56,252 nucleotides of DNA from SAR324 cluster bacterium. Lineage in GTDB: Bacteria; SAR324; NAC60-12. The DNA lies in contig JANQHV010000411.1 in NCBI GenBank assembly GCA_028282505.1, forward strand, positions 1 through 56,252, in the 5' to 3' direction. The translations under genes were made by a program, and so were the position numbers. Of the stretch, positions 27,062 to 35,091 are shown piece after piece (the stretch's first letter is position 1; the number at the start of each line of letters is the position of its first letter). Under the pieces are notes generated by a model. That model did no database searches and was not told the origin of the DNA. It was given only the letters and a program-made list of their open reading frames with translations.

Positions 27062-29236
27062 CTAAATGATCCGGCTGGATTCCAGCGGAATTTTAATGAG
27101 AAACACACTACCTTTGCCTTGTTCACTGGCCATGACAATCTTACCATCGAGTTCTTTAATCGTATTTTTTACCGCATCCATCCCCACTCCTCGTCCAGAA
27201 ATTTGGGTGACCTGTTCTGCTGAAGAAAAACCAGGTAAAAAAAGAATTTTCCAAAATTTTTCTCCCGCAATGTATTTATCAACGAGGATTTGATCCAGGT
27301 GTGACTTACTTTTTGCGATTTTCGCAATTTTTGTATTATTCAGTCCAGCCCCATCATCTTTGAGAATGATCATCAGGTGGTGTCCTTCTAAATGAATTTT
27401 AACAGTAATCACCCCTGTCATCTCTTTCCCTGCTTCTAAACGTTCCTCAGGAGTTTCTATACCGTGATCAATGCTGTTTCGATAAAGATGGCCAAGGACA
27501 ACATTCAAGGATTTGGCAATTTCAGTAGGAATTAACAAATCTTCTTGTACTTCCAGTTTGAATTCAATTTGCTTGTCCAGGCGTTCAGCCAGGCGAATAA
27601 TATCATTTTCCCAATTATCGACAATCTTTTCAGCAGGGACACTGGCTTTTTTCAAAATCAGTGGCCGTATTGACTCAAAGTCGTTTTCGATGGTGGCCTT
27701 CAAGAGAGACTGGAATTCATCTTGTGAGAAAGAAACACCTTCTAAAATTTCAACAATTTCAGTTCCCAGGTTTTCTTTGAAAGACAACGCATAATTGTAT
27801 TCTGTTTCAAATTCCATAAACAGTTTAAAAAATTTATCCGTGTACCGCCCCAAGTTCTGTTGATCATCTATATTGCGTAAACAATCTTCCAGTTTGTGAA
27901 CGACTGTCTTCAGATTATTGAATTCAAACTGTCCACTGAGTCCTTTGGAACCATGTAACTTCCGCATGGCACCACTAATGAATTCAGAATCAGGCTGTTG
28001 TCCTGCTTCGACGTAGTTTTCTGAAAATTCTTCCATCAGGCGAAATGAGCTTTTTAAATCGGACAACATGTTCAAAAAACCACCAATATTTTGACGCATT
28101 TTATCCAGAATCAGCTTTTCCTGTTCTTCTTTGGCTGCCAGTTGTCGTTCCAGGGTGACTTCCGTCATTCTCACAAAGACCGATAAGACATACCCGTTGC
28201 TATCTTGCACAAAAAAGTAGTTCAGTTTAAAAATGCGTTTTTTAATGGTAACCTCATTGGGCAACATGCTCAGAATCAAGTCAGGATCAAATTGATTGCC
28301 TCCAAATAACATATGCAGCGCACGGTAATATTCCTTCAGGGCTTTCCGATTTTTACGAAAAACAATATCAGCAAATGGTGCCCCTGCCAGGTTTCGGCGT
28401 CGTAAATAATCTTTTGCTACAGAAGAGTAGTTACCAATTTCACCGGCCTGGTTGATGGAAAAAGACCCTTGCCCAATATGATCGAGAATTTCTTGAGTCA
28501 GTTTGCGCTGCTCTTCTGCACGCTCTTTCGCATCTTGAGCCATTTTCTGCTGGTATTTGGAGCGATCAATGATCATTTGAAAGACTCTTGCTTGCAGCCC
28601 TGGTATGCGCATGGTGTGGATGAGAAACTTCTCTCGTGGGATATAAAAGATTGTACAATCTTTAACCGGGGACACTGTGGCAGAAGCATTCATCACATCA
28701 GTAGCACAGGCTTCCTCTCCAAAAATACCACTACGGGTGAGAATCGGTTCGTCTTTACCTTCAACGTAAACATTGGCTTTTTCTTTGAGCAAAAAAACGC
28801 CTGTGACTGGATTATTTTCAATCAAAAAGGGTTCTTTGGCCTGATATTGTTTCTCTTCCATGTCTCCACTGATTCTCATCAAATCAAAATCGGAGGATTC
28901 TGCAAACAACGGAAATTCCCGCAAAGTATCCAGCTTTTCCTGCCACACTTCGGGTTCTTCTTGCAGTCGCTGACTGGCAAGGTGTATTTCGTTAAAAAAT
29001 AAATTTTCTAAAGCCGAATGAATGGCATTGAAGGTATTTTCCATGGAGGAAATCAACACAGGCAAGAAAACGTGTCTACTCAGTTGGTAGCACTCCCTGG
29101 CTAATTTTGCCCTTTTTTCTGGAGTGAGCTGCTCGATATCTTCCAAGATAGTGGATGGGTTTTGATTTTGAAAAAGTTTTACTAATTCCGATATATCTTC
29201 CAATGTCATATCAACGATCAATGATGTTTTATACAA
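27062..29236 (-). CDS. CheA-type histidine kinase (HPt + HATPase core, no CheW-like domain) with an N-terminal cNMP-binding-like domain
   Basis: cNMP-like: ..GIFGEEACATDVMNASATVSP... HPt: ..MRKLHGSKGLSGQFEF..HKLED... Kinase: ..LGHLYRNSIDHGIE..DDGAGL..SGRGVGMDAVK..GKGSVFLIKIPL, ending right after the ATPase domain. Confidence 0.7.
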   Translation of the reverse strand: MYKTSLIVDMTLEDISELVKLFQNQNPSTILEDIEQLTPEKRAKLARECYQLSRHVFLPVLISSMENTFNAIHSALENLFFNEIHLASQRLQEEPEVWQEKLDTLREFPLFAESSDFDLMRISGDMEEKQYQAKEPFLIENNPVTGVFLLKEKANVYVEGKDEPILTRSGIFGEEACATDVMNASATVSPVKDCTIFYIPREKFLIHTMRIPGLQARVFQMIIDRSKYQQKMAQDAKERAEEQRKLTQEILDHIGQGSFSINQAGEIGNYSSVAKDYLRRRNLAGAPFADIVFRKNRKALKEYYRALHMLFGGNQFDPDLILSMLPNEVTIKKRIFKLNYFFVQDSNGYVLSVFVRMTEVTLERQLAAKEEQEKLILDKMRQNIGGFLNMLSDLKSSFRLMEEFSENYVEAGQQPDSEFISGAMRKLHGSKGLSGQFEFNNLKTVVHKLEDCLRNIDDQQNLGRYTDKFFKLFMEFETEYNYALSFKENLGTEIVEILEGVSFSQDEFQSLLKATIENDFESIRPLILKKASVPAEKIVDNWENDIIRLAERLDKQIEFKLEVQEDLLIPTEIAKSLNVVLGHLYRNSIDHGIETPEERLEAGKEMTGVITVKIHLEGHHLMIILKDDGAGLNNTKIAKIAKSKSHLDQILVDKYIAGEKFWKILFLPGFSSAEQVTQISGRGVGMDAVKNTIKELDGKIVMASEQGKGSVFLIKIPLESSRII

Positions 29237-29313
29237 TTGAATTTAATGTTTTTTTATCGCAAGCAACTGTCAAAAACCAATCAAATGTTCATTCTTTTTA
29301 ATTATTTAACAAA

Positions 29314-29757
29314 TTACACGTGATGTGCCAAAATTTTATCGAGGCTGAACCGTCCTGTTTCATGATTGATGAGATGGAAGCATGCTCCCAACAGGCAAAG
29401 ATTTTTCACGAAATTGCTGCGTTGATACACATCCCACAGCCAATGCCACTGCTCTGGCAGATTGTCAGGGTAAGCAATGAGAGATGGGGCATGGATGAGA
29501 ACCGTCACCACAATCAGGAATACTCCGAGCACAGCAGCTCCCAATTGAGTTCGATATCCGAGCATGACAGATCCACCCCCCAACAATAGCACCAGTCCTG
29601 CCATGATAGAAGCCAGTCGTTTGAAGACAAACCAGTCGGGCATCATAGTTTGAATAATCTGATCTGCAAATAGGTGTTCGGCACCAAGTCCCAAAAAAAT
29701 AATACTGAACAGGAGGCGAAACAAAAGATCGGTAATGTCATAGTTTATTTTTATCAT
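29314..29757 (-). CDS. DoxX-family membrane protein
   Basis: 147 aa with four hydrophobic segments. ..FLGLGAEHLF.. and ..LLLGGGSVMLGYRTQLGAAVL.. fit the DoxX pattern. Confidence 0.55.
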   Translation of the reverse strand: MIKINYDITDLLFRLLFSIIFLGLGAEHLFADQIIQTMMPDWFVFKRLASIMAGLVLLLGGGSVMLGYRTQLGAAVLGVFLIVVTVLIHAPSLIAYPDNLPEQWHWLWDVYQRSNFVKNLCLLGACFHLINHETGRFSLDKILAHHV

Positions 29758-30631
29758 CGTCTACCCATTTTTGAATATGTGGTAAGCAGCGGTAAAGCAA
29801 GTGGTGGTATACATATCTTGGTAAGATACGACGAAGGATATGAAAAACCCATGCGTCGATTGTGGCCGGTATGCGCAGTGGAGGCTTGTCTTGATTCATG
29901 ACTTTGATAATTCTTGCGGCAATGTTGTCTGGTGTTGCCCAGGCACCATTCATCATTTTGGCGATCATGCGACTCATGTGCTGATAATAGTAATAATAGG
30001 GAGAGGATTGATTTGAAAGAGCATCATGACTCCTTTCTGTGAAGCGCACATTGGTAAAAGAATTGGAATGGATGAATCCAGGAGCGACCAGAGATACGTT
30101 GATGCCCCAGGAACGCATTTCATACCACAACGCCTCTGAAGCTCCCTCCAGTGCAAATTTAGAAGCACTGTAGGAGCCCATAGTAGGCATTGCCATCATG
30201 CCACCTACCGAAGACACATTGATGATATGTCCTCGTCTTTTCTTTCTCATAGAGGGCAAAACCAGCCGCGTCAAGTGCATAGGGCCAAAATAATTCACCC
30301 GCAGTTGTTCCATTTCATCTTCAGGAGTCATGTGCTCCACGACAGAGCGGAATGAAATGCCTGCATTATTGACCAGCACATCCACTCCTCCCCAGGCTGC
30401 CTCAATTTCATCAATGACAGGTTTTTGAGACTCAAAATCAGTCACATTCAGAGGGCGAATGAGAAAATTGTCAGCCTCTGTTAATCCTTCTTTGGAAAAA
30501 CGGACAAGGGAACTTTTTCGGGCTGTAATCACAGTGCGGAAATTGGACCGCTGAAGTTGACGTGCCAGGGCCAGCCCAATGCCTGTACTGGCTCCTGTGA
30601 CTAACACCACTCGATTTTTGATATTTCTCAC
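29738..30631 (-). CDS. Short-chain dehydrogenase/reductase
   Basis: VVLVTGASTGIGLALA (TGxxxGxG), NNAG, and catalytic YSASKFAL (YxxxK). Confidence 0.85.
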   Translation of the reverse strand: MRNIKNRVVLVTGASTGIGLALARQLQRSNFRTVITARKSSLVRFSKEGLTEADNFLIRPLNVTDFESQKPVIDEIEAAWGGVDVLVNNAGISFRSVVEHMTPEDEMEQLRVNYFGPMHLTRLVLPSMRKKRRGHIINVSSVGGMMAMPTMGSYSASKFALEGASEALWYEMRSWGINVSLVAPGFIHSNSFTNVRFTERSHDALSNQSSPYYYYYQHMSRMIAKMMNGAWATPDNIAARIIKVMNQDKPPLRIPATIDAWVFHILRRILPRYVYHHLLYRCLPHIQKWVDDDKNKL

Positions 30632-30913
30632 TTTTTTTAACTTTCTTTTGATTGTACTCTTAATTCTACTTTTGGAGATTAGTAAAAATATAATGGTAGG
30701 GTGGGGTTAAGCTGCGAGAAACGAACAGCGAGCCCACCAAAAGACTGATACGTTATCCAGCCTACCCACAAAACTTACAAATGAAAAAGATTACTTCTTT
30801 ACTTTATACTGTATTGAAATTATGATTACATAAAATTTTCAACATATCCTGCCAATGCATTTTTTCCCGTATTTTGGGGATTTTTTCATAGTTTCATCCA
30901 AATATTTATGGTC

Positions 30914-30939
30914 ACACCGCTTGACATGGCGGTGTTTTT
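30914..30939 (+). terminator. Intrinsic-terminator-like hairpin plus T-run in the purC upstream region
   Basis: acaccgc (30914-30920) pairs with gcggtgt (30929-30935) around an 8-nt loop, followed by tttt. No upstream plus-strand gene exists, so this may be a leader attenuator or the end of a small transcript. Confidence 0.35.
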
Positions 30940-30947
30940 GATAGTTT

Positions 30948-31004
30948 TGTCGGTATGTAGACCGACGCTGGCATGGCTCAACTGTCGGTACACAGACCGA
31001 CGCT
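30948..31004 (+). promoter_or_regulatory. Two direct copies of a 22-nt unit, each containing the palindrome GTCGGT-N6-ACCGAC
   Basis: tgtcggtatgtagaccgacgct (30948-30969) and tgtcggtacacagaccgacgct (30983-31004) lie about 100 nt upstream of the purC ATG. Confidence 0.45.
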
Positions 31005-31103
31005 ACCATAGTGGTGGATGAGTGATCAACCCCAATATCGGCTTTTTCAGAAAACTCCAATGCAGAAATTTTTATCAAACCTTTCAAAAGTTCAAGGATA
31101 ATT

Positions 31104-31997
31104 ATGGTCATCGAAGGAAAAACCAAACGAATCACGCCCGCTGCTGAAGCTGGGACCGTCATTATGGAAACAAAAGATGAATTGACTGGAGGGGATGCCG
31201 CCAAAAAAGCCACCATTGCCGGCATTGCCGCACACAAAACGCTGCAAACGGCCAATGTCTTCAATTTGCTCAAAAAACACGACATCCCTGTGGCTTTCAT
31301 CGAACAACAAACAGAAACGTCTCTCTTGTGTTTTGACTGTGACATGCTGCCGTTGGAATTGGTGATGCGGCGTTATGCCTGGGGAAGTTTTTTAAAACGA
31401 GAACCCTCCTTTCAACAGCCTGATGGGACGCCTTATCGTTTTGATACCATTCAGTGTGATTTGTACCACAAATGGACTGCTGTTGTCCCCCCATTGGTTA
31501 AAGAACCTGAACAAATGGATGAAAATAAAGCAAGAGAACTCTATCTCCGAGATGGCAAATGGCAAGAAGGCACGTATACAGACCCTTATCTGTATATCGA
31601 GAACAATCAGTGGCAGGTGCATCCCCCCAAAGCGCCGTTTGATGCTTCTAAACCATTGATGACCATTGATCCGGTTTGCACAGAAGCAGAACGAGAGGAT
31701 ATTTTGAATCAGCTCATGTTTCCTTGTTTTGAAGCATTGGAAAACGCCTGGAATCAAGTCGAAACACAATTTGGCCCTGTTGCCCTGGCTGATATAAAAA
31801 TTGAGGCAGGACGCCGCAAGACTGATGGAAAAATAGTGATTGCCGATGTGATCGATAATGACAGTTGGAGAATTTGGCCGGGATGTGATCCTAGCAAACA
31901 GTTGGATAAGCAAAATTTCCGGGATGGCCATCCTTTGAGTACGATTGCAGATAACTATGCCCTAGTTGCTGAACTCACACGGGAATTTCTCAAATAG
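31104..31997 (+). CDS. purC: Phosphoribosylaminoimidazole-succinocarboxamide (SAICAR) synthase
   Basis: N-terminus ..EGKTKRI...ETKDELTGGDAAKK..IAGIAA.KT..TANVFNLLKKHDIPVAFIE fits the PurC pattern. 297 aa. Confidence 0.8.
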   Translation: MVIEGKTKRITPAAEAGTVIMETKDELTGGDAAKKATIAGIAAHKTLQTANVFNLLKKHDIPVAFIEQQTETSLLCFDCDMLPLELVMRRYAWGSFLKREPSFQQPDGTPYRFDTIQCDLYHKWTAVVPPLVKEPEQMDENKARELYLRDGKWQEGTYTDPYLYIENNQWQVHPPKAPFDASKPLMTIDPVCTEAEREDILNQLMFPCFEALENAWNQVETQFGPVALADIKIEAGRRKTDGKIVIADVIDNDSWRIWPGCDPSKQLDKQNFRDGHPLSTIADNYALVAELTREFLK

Positions 31998-32195
31998 TCA
32001 TCACAATTTCTTTCCCCTCACCTTACTCCTCTCCCCAATGAGAGGAGGTGGTGTATTCGTATCATTTCGTGGTTAAATATAGTGATCCAGACAGGTTTTT
32101 TCCCGAAGTTCCCCCTTTTTTTCAAAGGGGGGTAGGGGGATTTCGAAAAATTTTTTTTGGAGCACTATACTTGCAAATTTTCCAATAAATAAAGC

Positions 32196-33494
32196 ATGGA
32201 ACATCCAACCTGTGACTTGAGGAATACCGCATTTTTCCCATTGACCGGCAACCCAACCGGATTTCATCACTTACTCCTGGCAGAATGTGTGCTGCGCCAG
32301 TTTCCAGAAATCCAACGGATTGTCTTCATCCTTTCCAATGGAAAACACCCAGATCCCACCAAAGAACAAGCCATTGTCAACAAACAGACACGCCTGGAGA
32401 TACTGGAAAAAGCCCTGCAAGAGTTCAATGATCCTCAAAGCAGTTGTGTTGCAAAAATGGCCCAACAATCTCAGAAACCGTTGCAGTTCAATGCTCAAAA
32501 CACTTCTATTTCCACAGCAGAGTTTACCCAGGACCAGCCTGTCCGTCTATATGAACATCTAAAAACGCTGCAACAGCAAACAGTGCCAGCCTCCATCTCA
32601 TATCCGTTGATGTTGATTATTGGAGGTGATCTGATTCAACGGATGAGCAGTCCAGAGATTTTTTCGGATGCTGATCTCCAGGAACTGGCAAAACATTGTC
32701 GATTTCTAGCCGCACCACGTGGAGAATATGAGACGGAAAAAACACTTTCACAACTGGAGGAAACTCGTCAAGTGTCATTGAATCATCAAACCATTCAAAT
32801 TGAACAACTGCCAGCAGCCTTGCATCCTTTTCTGGAGTTGTCCTCCACCATTATCAGGCAAATGGTACAAGCACAGCATGCCTTGACCTGTTGCTTGCCA
32901 GACGGTGCCGCAAAGATGATTCATCACCATCAACTGTATCAGGAGCGTACTATCACTCGTGAAGAAAATGAGTGGCAACACCAATGTTATTTGCAAGAGC
33001 AGCAGTTGGACCAACGGGCCCGTCAGTTACAGAAAGTGCTGGATTGGCGTGCTGATCAAAACCTGGCTCACACACTGGCCATTGTGGAGACCAGTACGGG
33101 AGGTCAACTTGCCACCACATTGGCATCTTTGCCAGGGATTTCCAGACATTTTAAGGAAAGCACAGTGGTTTATGATCAAGCAGCAAAAAATCGTTTGTTG
33201 GGGCAAGCTGTGGAAAAATCATCAGTTTCCCCGGCTATGGCAACAGAGCTGGCAAAAAAATACCATCAGCAAACCGGAGCTGATTTTGTACTCTCAGAAA
33301 CGGGTATGGCCGGTCCCTTGGAAGGAGTGAGGCGCAGCAATAAGCAGGGGCTTTGTTATTTTGCCGTTGCCACTCCCACCACTATCCAAAATTTTTCTCA
33401 CCAAAGCAATCCTTTCTTCAGTAAAAAAGAACATCAATTCATTTTTGCCATTGTTCTCTTAGAATCGTTCATTCAGCTTTTGAAAAACCAGTGA
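32196..33494 (+). CDS. Fusion of a NadD-like nucleotidyltransferase with a PncC/CinA-C NMN deamidase domain
   Basis: N-half: ..FPLTGNPTGFHHLLLAE.. (divergent HxGH region) and ..LSSTIIRQ.. (ISSTxIR-like). C-half: ..VETSTGGQLATTLASLPGISRHFKESTVVYDQAAKNRLLG.. (ESCTGG...pGsS..f.gg.v.Y...K of the CinA C-domain). Confidence 0.6.
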   Translation: MEHPTCDLRNTAFFPLTGNPTGFHHLLLAECVLRQFPEIQRIVFILSNGKHPDPTKEQAIVNKQTRLEILEKALQEFNDPQSSCVAKMAQQSQKPLQFNAQNTSISTAEFTQDQPVRLYEHLKTLQQQTVPASISYPLMLIIGGDLIQRMSSPEIFSDADLQELAKHCRFLAAPRGEYETEKTLSQLEETRQVSLNHQTIQIEQLPAALHPFLELSSTIIRQMVQAQHALTCCLPDGAAKMIHHHQLYQERTITREENEWQHQCYLQEQQLDQRARQLQKVLDWRADQNLAHTLAIVETSTGGQLATTLASLPGISRHFKESTVVYDQAAKNRLLGQAVEKSSVSPAMATELAKKYHQQTGADFVLSETGMAGPLEGVRRSNKQGLCYFAVATPTTIQNFSHQSNPFFSKKEHQFIFAIVLLESFIQLLKNQ

Positions 33495-33645
33495 GGCCGA
33501 ATGAGTATGTTGGGCAATTCTACCCCTAACCTCTGGGTGGCAATCTGCTCCTCAGGGAGAGAGAGCTGTCTTGGAATAAGTACATAGTCATTATATGCAT
33601 TTTTTTCTTTTTTTTAACTATTTGAATTCATTGCATAAAAAAATC

Positions 33646-33679
33646 TCCCCGGAAAAATAGGTAGTCCTTCCCCATATAC
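33646..33679 (+). repeat. Solo family-C terminal repeat
   Basis: tccccggaaaaataggtagtccttccccatatac matches 5600-5633 and 4037-4070. Upstream atgcattttttt / tatttgaattca resemble the MITE interior, but no left repeat is present. Confidence 0.65.
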
Positions 33680-33929
33680 AACTTTTTTGTTTTGCGGTAT
33701 GAGTTTTTGGATCAGAAGAAAAGTAGCAGCAGGGCTGGTACTAAAGCAGATCCCATATTGTGAAATAGAATGTTTTTCTAAGAAAAGCTTTGCAATTTGT
33801 CACTCGAAACAAATGTGAAAGGTTTTGAAGATCTCTCGCTATGCTCGAGATGACAACGTACAGCGCAAAACAATATTTTTTAAGATTTTGTTTAAAAACC
33901 ATTCATCTTTATATTAAGGAGGAAAGCAA

Positions 33930-34964
33930 ATGAGAAAAATCTCTTATACCCAAAAAACAACCACCTGGCTCAAATTTGTTGCCTTTATTGCAATATTCAT
34001 GGTGGCAACAGCATTAGTGATGGCTGAAAATCAAACATCTATGAGTTTCATTGCCATTGGCGATACTCCCTATTCTGAAAAAGAAAACACACGCATTAAA
34101 ACCGAGATTGCCAAAGCAATCAAAGAGAAAAATCCACCCTTTGTGGTGCATTATGGGGATTTTAAAGGGGGTGGAGAAACCTGTACGGAAGAACTCTTGA
34201 CAGAACGGCGAAATGACATTTATGGTCTGTTGCCCGGAAAGGTTTTCTACACGCCTGGGGACAATGAATGGACCGATTGTGATCGTTCTTTTTTGAAACC
34301 TCCGGTCTCCGAACTAGGAAAATTGGACTTTTTGCGGCAACTGTTTTTTGAAAAACCAATGGATTTGCCAGAAAGCTGGCATTATGCCCGTCAAGCCAAT
34401 TTCCCAGAAAACGCCCGTTGGATGAAAGACGGTGTGTTTTTCATGACTGTCCATTTGGTATCAACCAACAATGGGCGTATAGACATTCTGAAAGATGACA
34501 TTGAAGCCGCCCTGGCGTTGGTGGATGCACGGGATCAAGCCAATCGTGTCTGGATGGAGGAAACGTTCAGTGTGGCATTGAGAACAGGTGCTAAAGCGAT
34601 GGTGATTGTCACTCAAGCCGATGTGACTTCTCCAGATGGCGGCGGTCCCTGTACGGCTACCAACCGTATGAATTGTGACGCATTCCAGAGTTTTCGCAGC
34701 AATCTGCAACTCAATGCCGGTGGTTTTGCAAAGCGAGGCGAATCATTGAAGCCGGTTTTGTTATTACATGGAGATACCAACCCCTATTGTATGGATAAAA
34801 AATTTGGAGGCAAACGTGCTCCTAACTTGTGGCGACTGAATGCCTGGGGAGATTTTAAAGATCCAGCAGATGCCACAGTGGTTACTGTTCAGCCGGACGA
34901 CCAACAAACTCCGTTTAAAGCAGAAACATTGCTGGGGCATGAAATTCCAGCAGACGGATGTTAG
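33930..34964 (+). CDS. Secreted calcineurin-like metallophosphoesterase
   Basis: Signal/anchor ..FVAFIAIFMVATALVMA. Motifs IGDTPY, YGDFKGG, GDNEW and LLHGDTN. Confidence 0.7.
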   Translation: MRKISYTQKTTTWLKFVAFIAIFMVATALVMAENQTSMSFIAIGDTPYSEKENTRIKTEIAKAIKEKNPPFVVHYGDFKGGGETCTEELLTERRNDIYGLLPGKVFYTPGDNEWTDCDRSFLKPPVSELGKLDFLRQLFFEKPMDLPESWHYARQANFPENARWMKDGVFFMTVHLVSTNNGRIDILKDDIEAALALVDARDQANRVWMEETFSVALRTGAKAMVIVTQADVTSPDGGGPCTATNRMNCDAFQSFRSNLQLNAGGFAKRGESLKPVLLLHGDTNPYCMDKKFGGKRAPNLWRLNAWGDFKDPADATVVTVQPDDQQTPFKAETLLGHEIPADGC

Positions 34965-34999
34965 TAAAAAAGATTGCCACAGAGACGCAGAAACCCTCG

Positions 35000-35034
35000 C
35001 CCCTCCTTGGCAAGGAGGGGAAATTGTTTTTTTT
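35000..35034 (+). terminator. Rho-independent terminator
   Basis: cccctcctt (35000-35008) pairs with aaggagggg (35012-35020), followed by aaattgtttttttt. It lies 36 nt after the stop of the preceding gene. Confidence 0.6.
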
Positions 35035-35091
35035 GCAAAACTGACCGGAAATATGATCAACTCTCAAAAAACAAAGAAAGGATGGTGAATT

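Noticed and set aside
30696-30775. Structured element ggtagggtgggg..gagcccacc..cctaccc (and the related ggtaggatgggtttacccatc at 40186-40206) as a possible small RNA
   Set aside because: It resembles short GC-rich palindromic dispersed repeats, and similar stubs occur at 31998-32140. With only two loosely similar copies and no promoter or terminator, I cannot support an RNA gene call.
30780-31103. Purine or ZTP riboswitch in the purC leader
   Set aside because: Reading by eye, I find none of the conserved cores of the purine or ZTP/pfl aptamers. Only a simple hairpin and tandem palindromes are present. A covariance-model scan would be needed to be certain.
30839-31345. 168-aa minus-strand ORF spanning the purC upstream region and the purC 5' end
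   Set aside because: It overlaps the well-supported purC frame in antisense and runs through the structured intergenic region. No RBS or motif is present.
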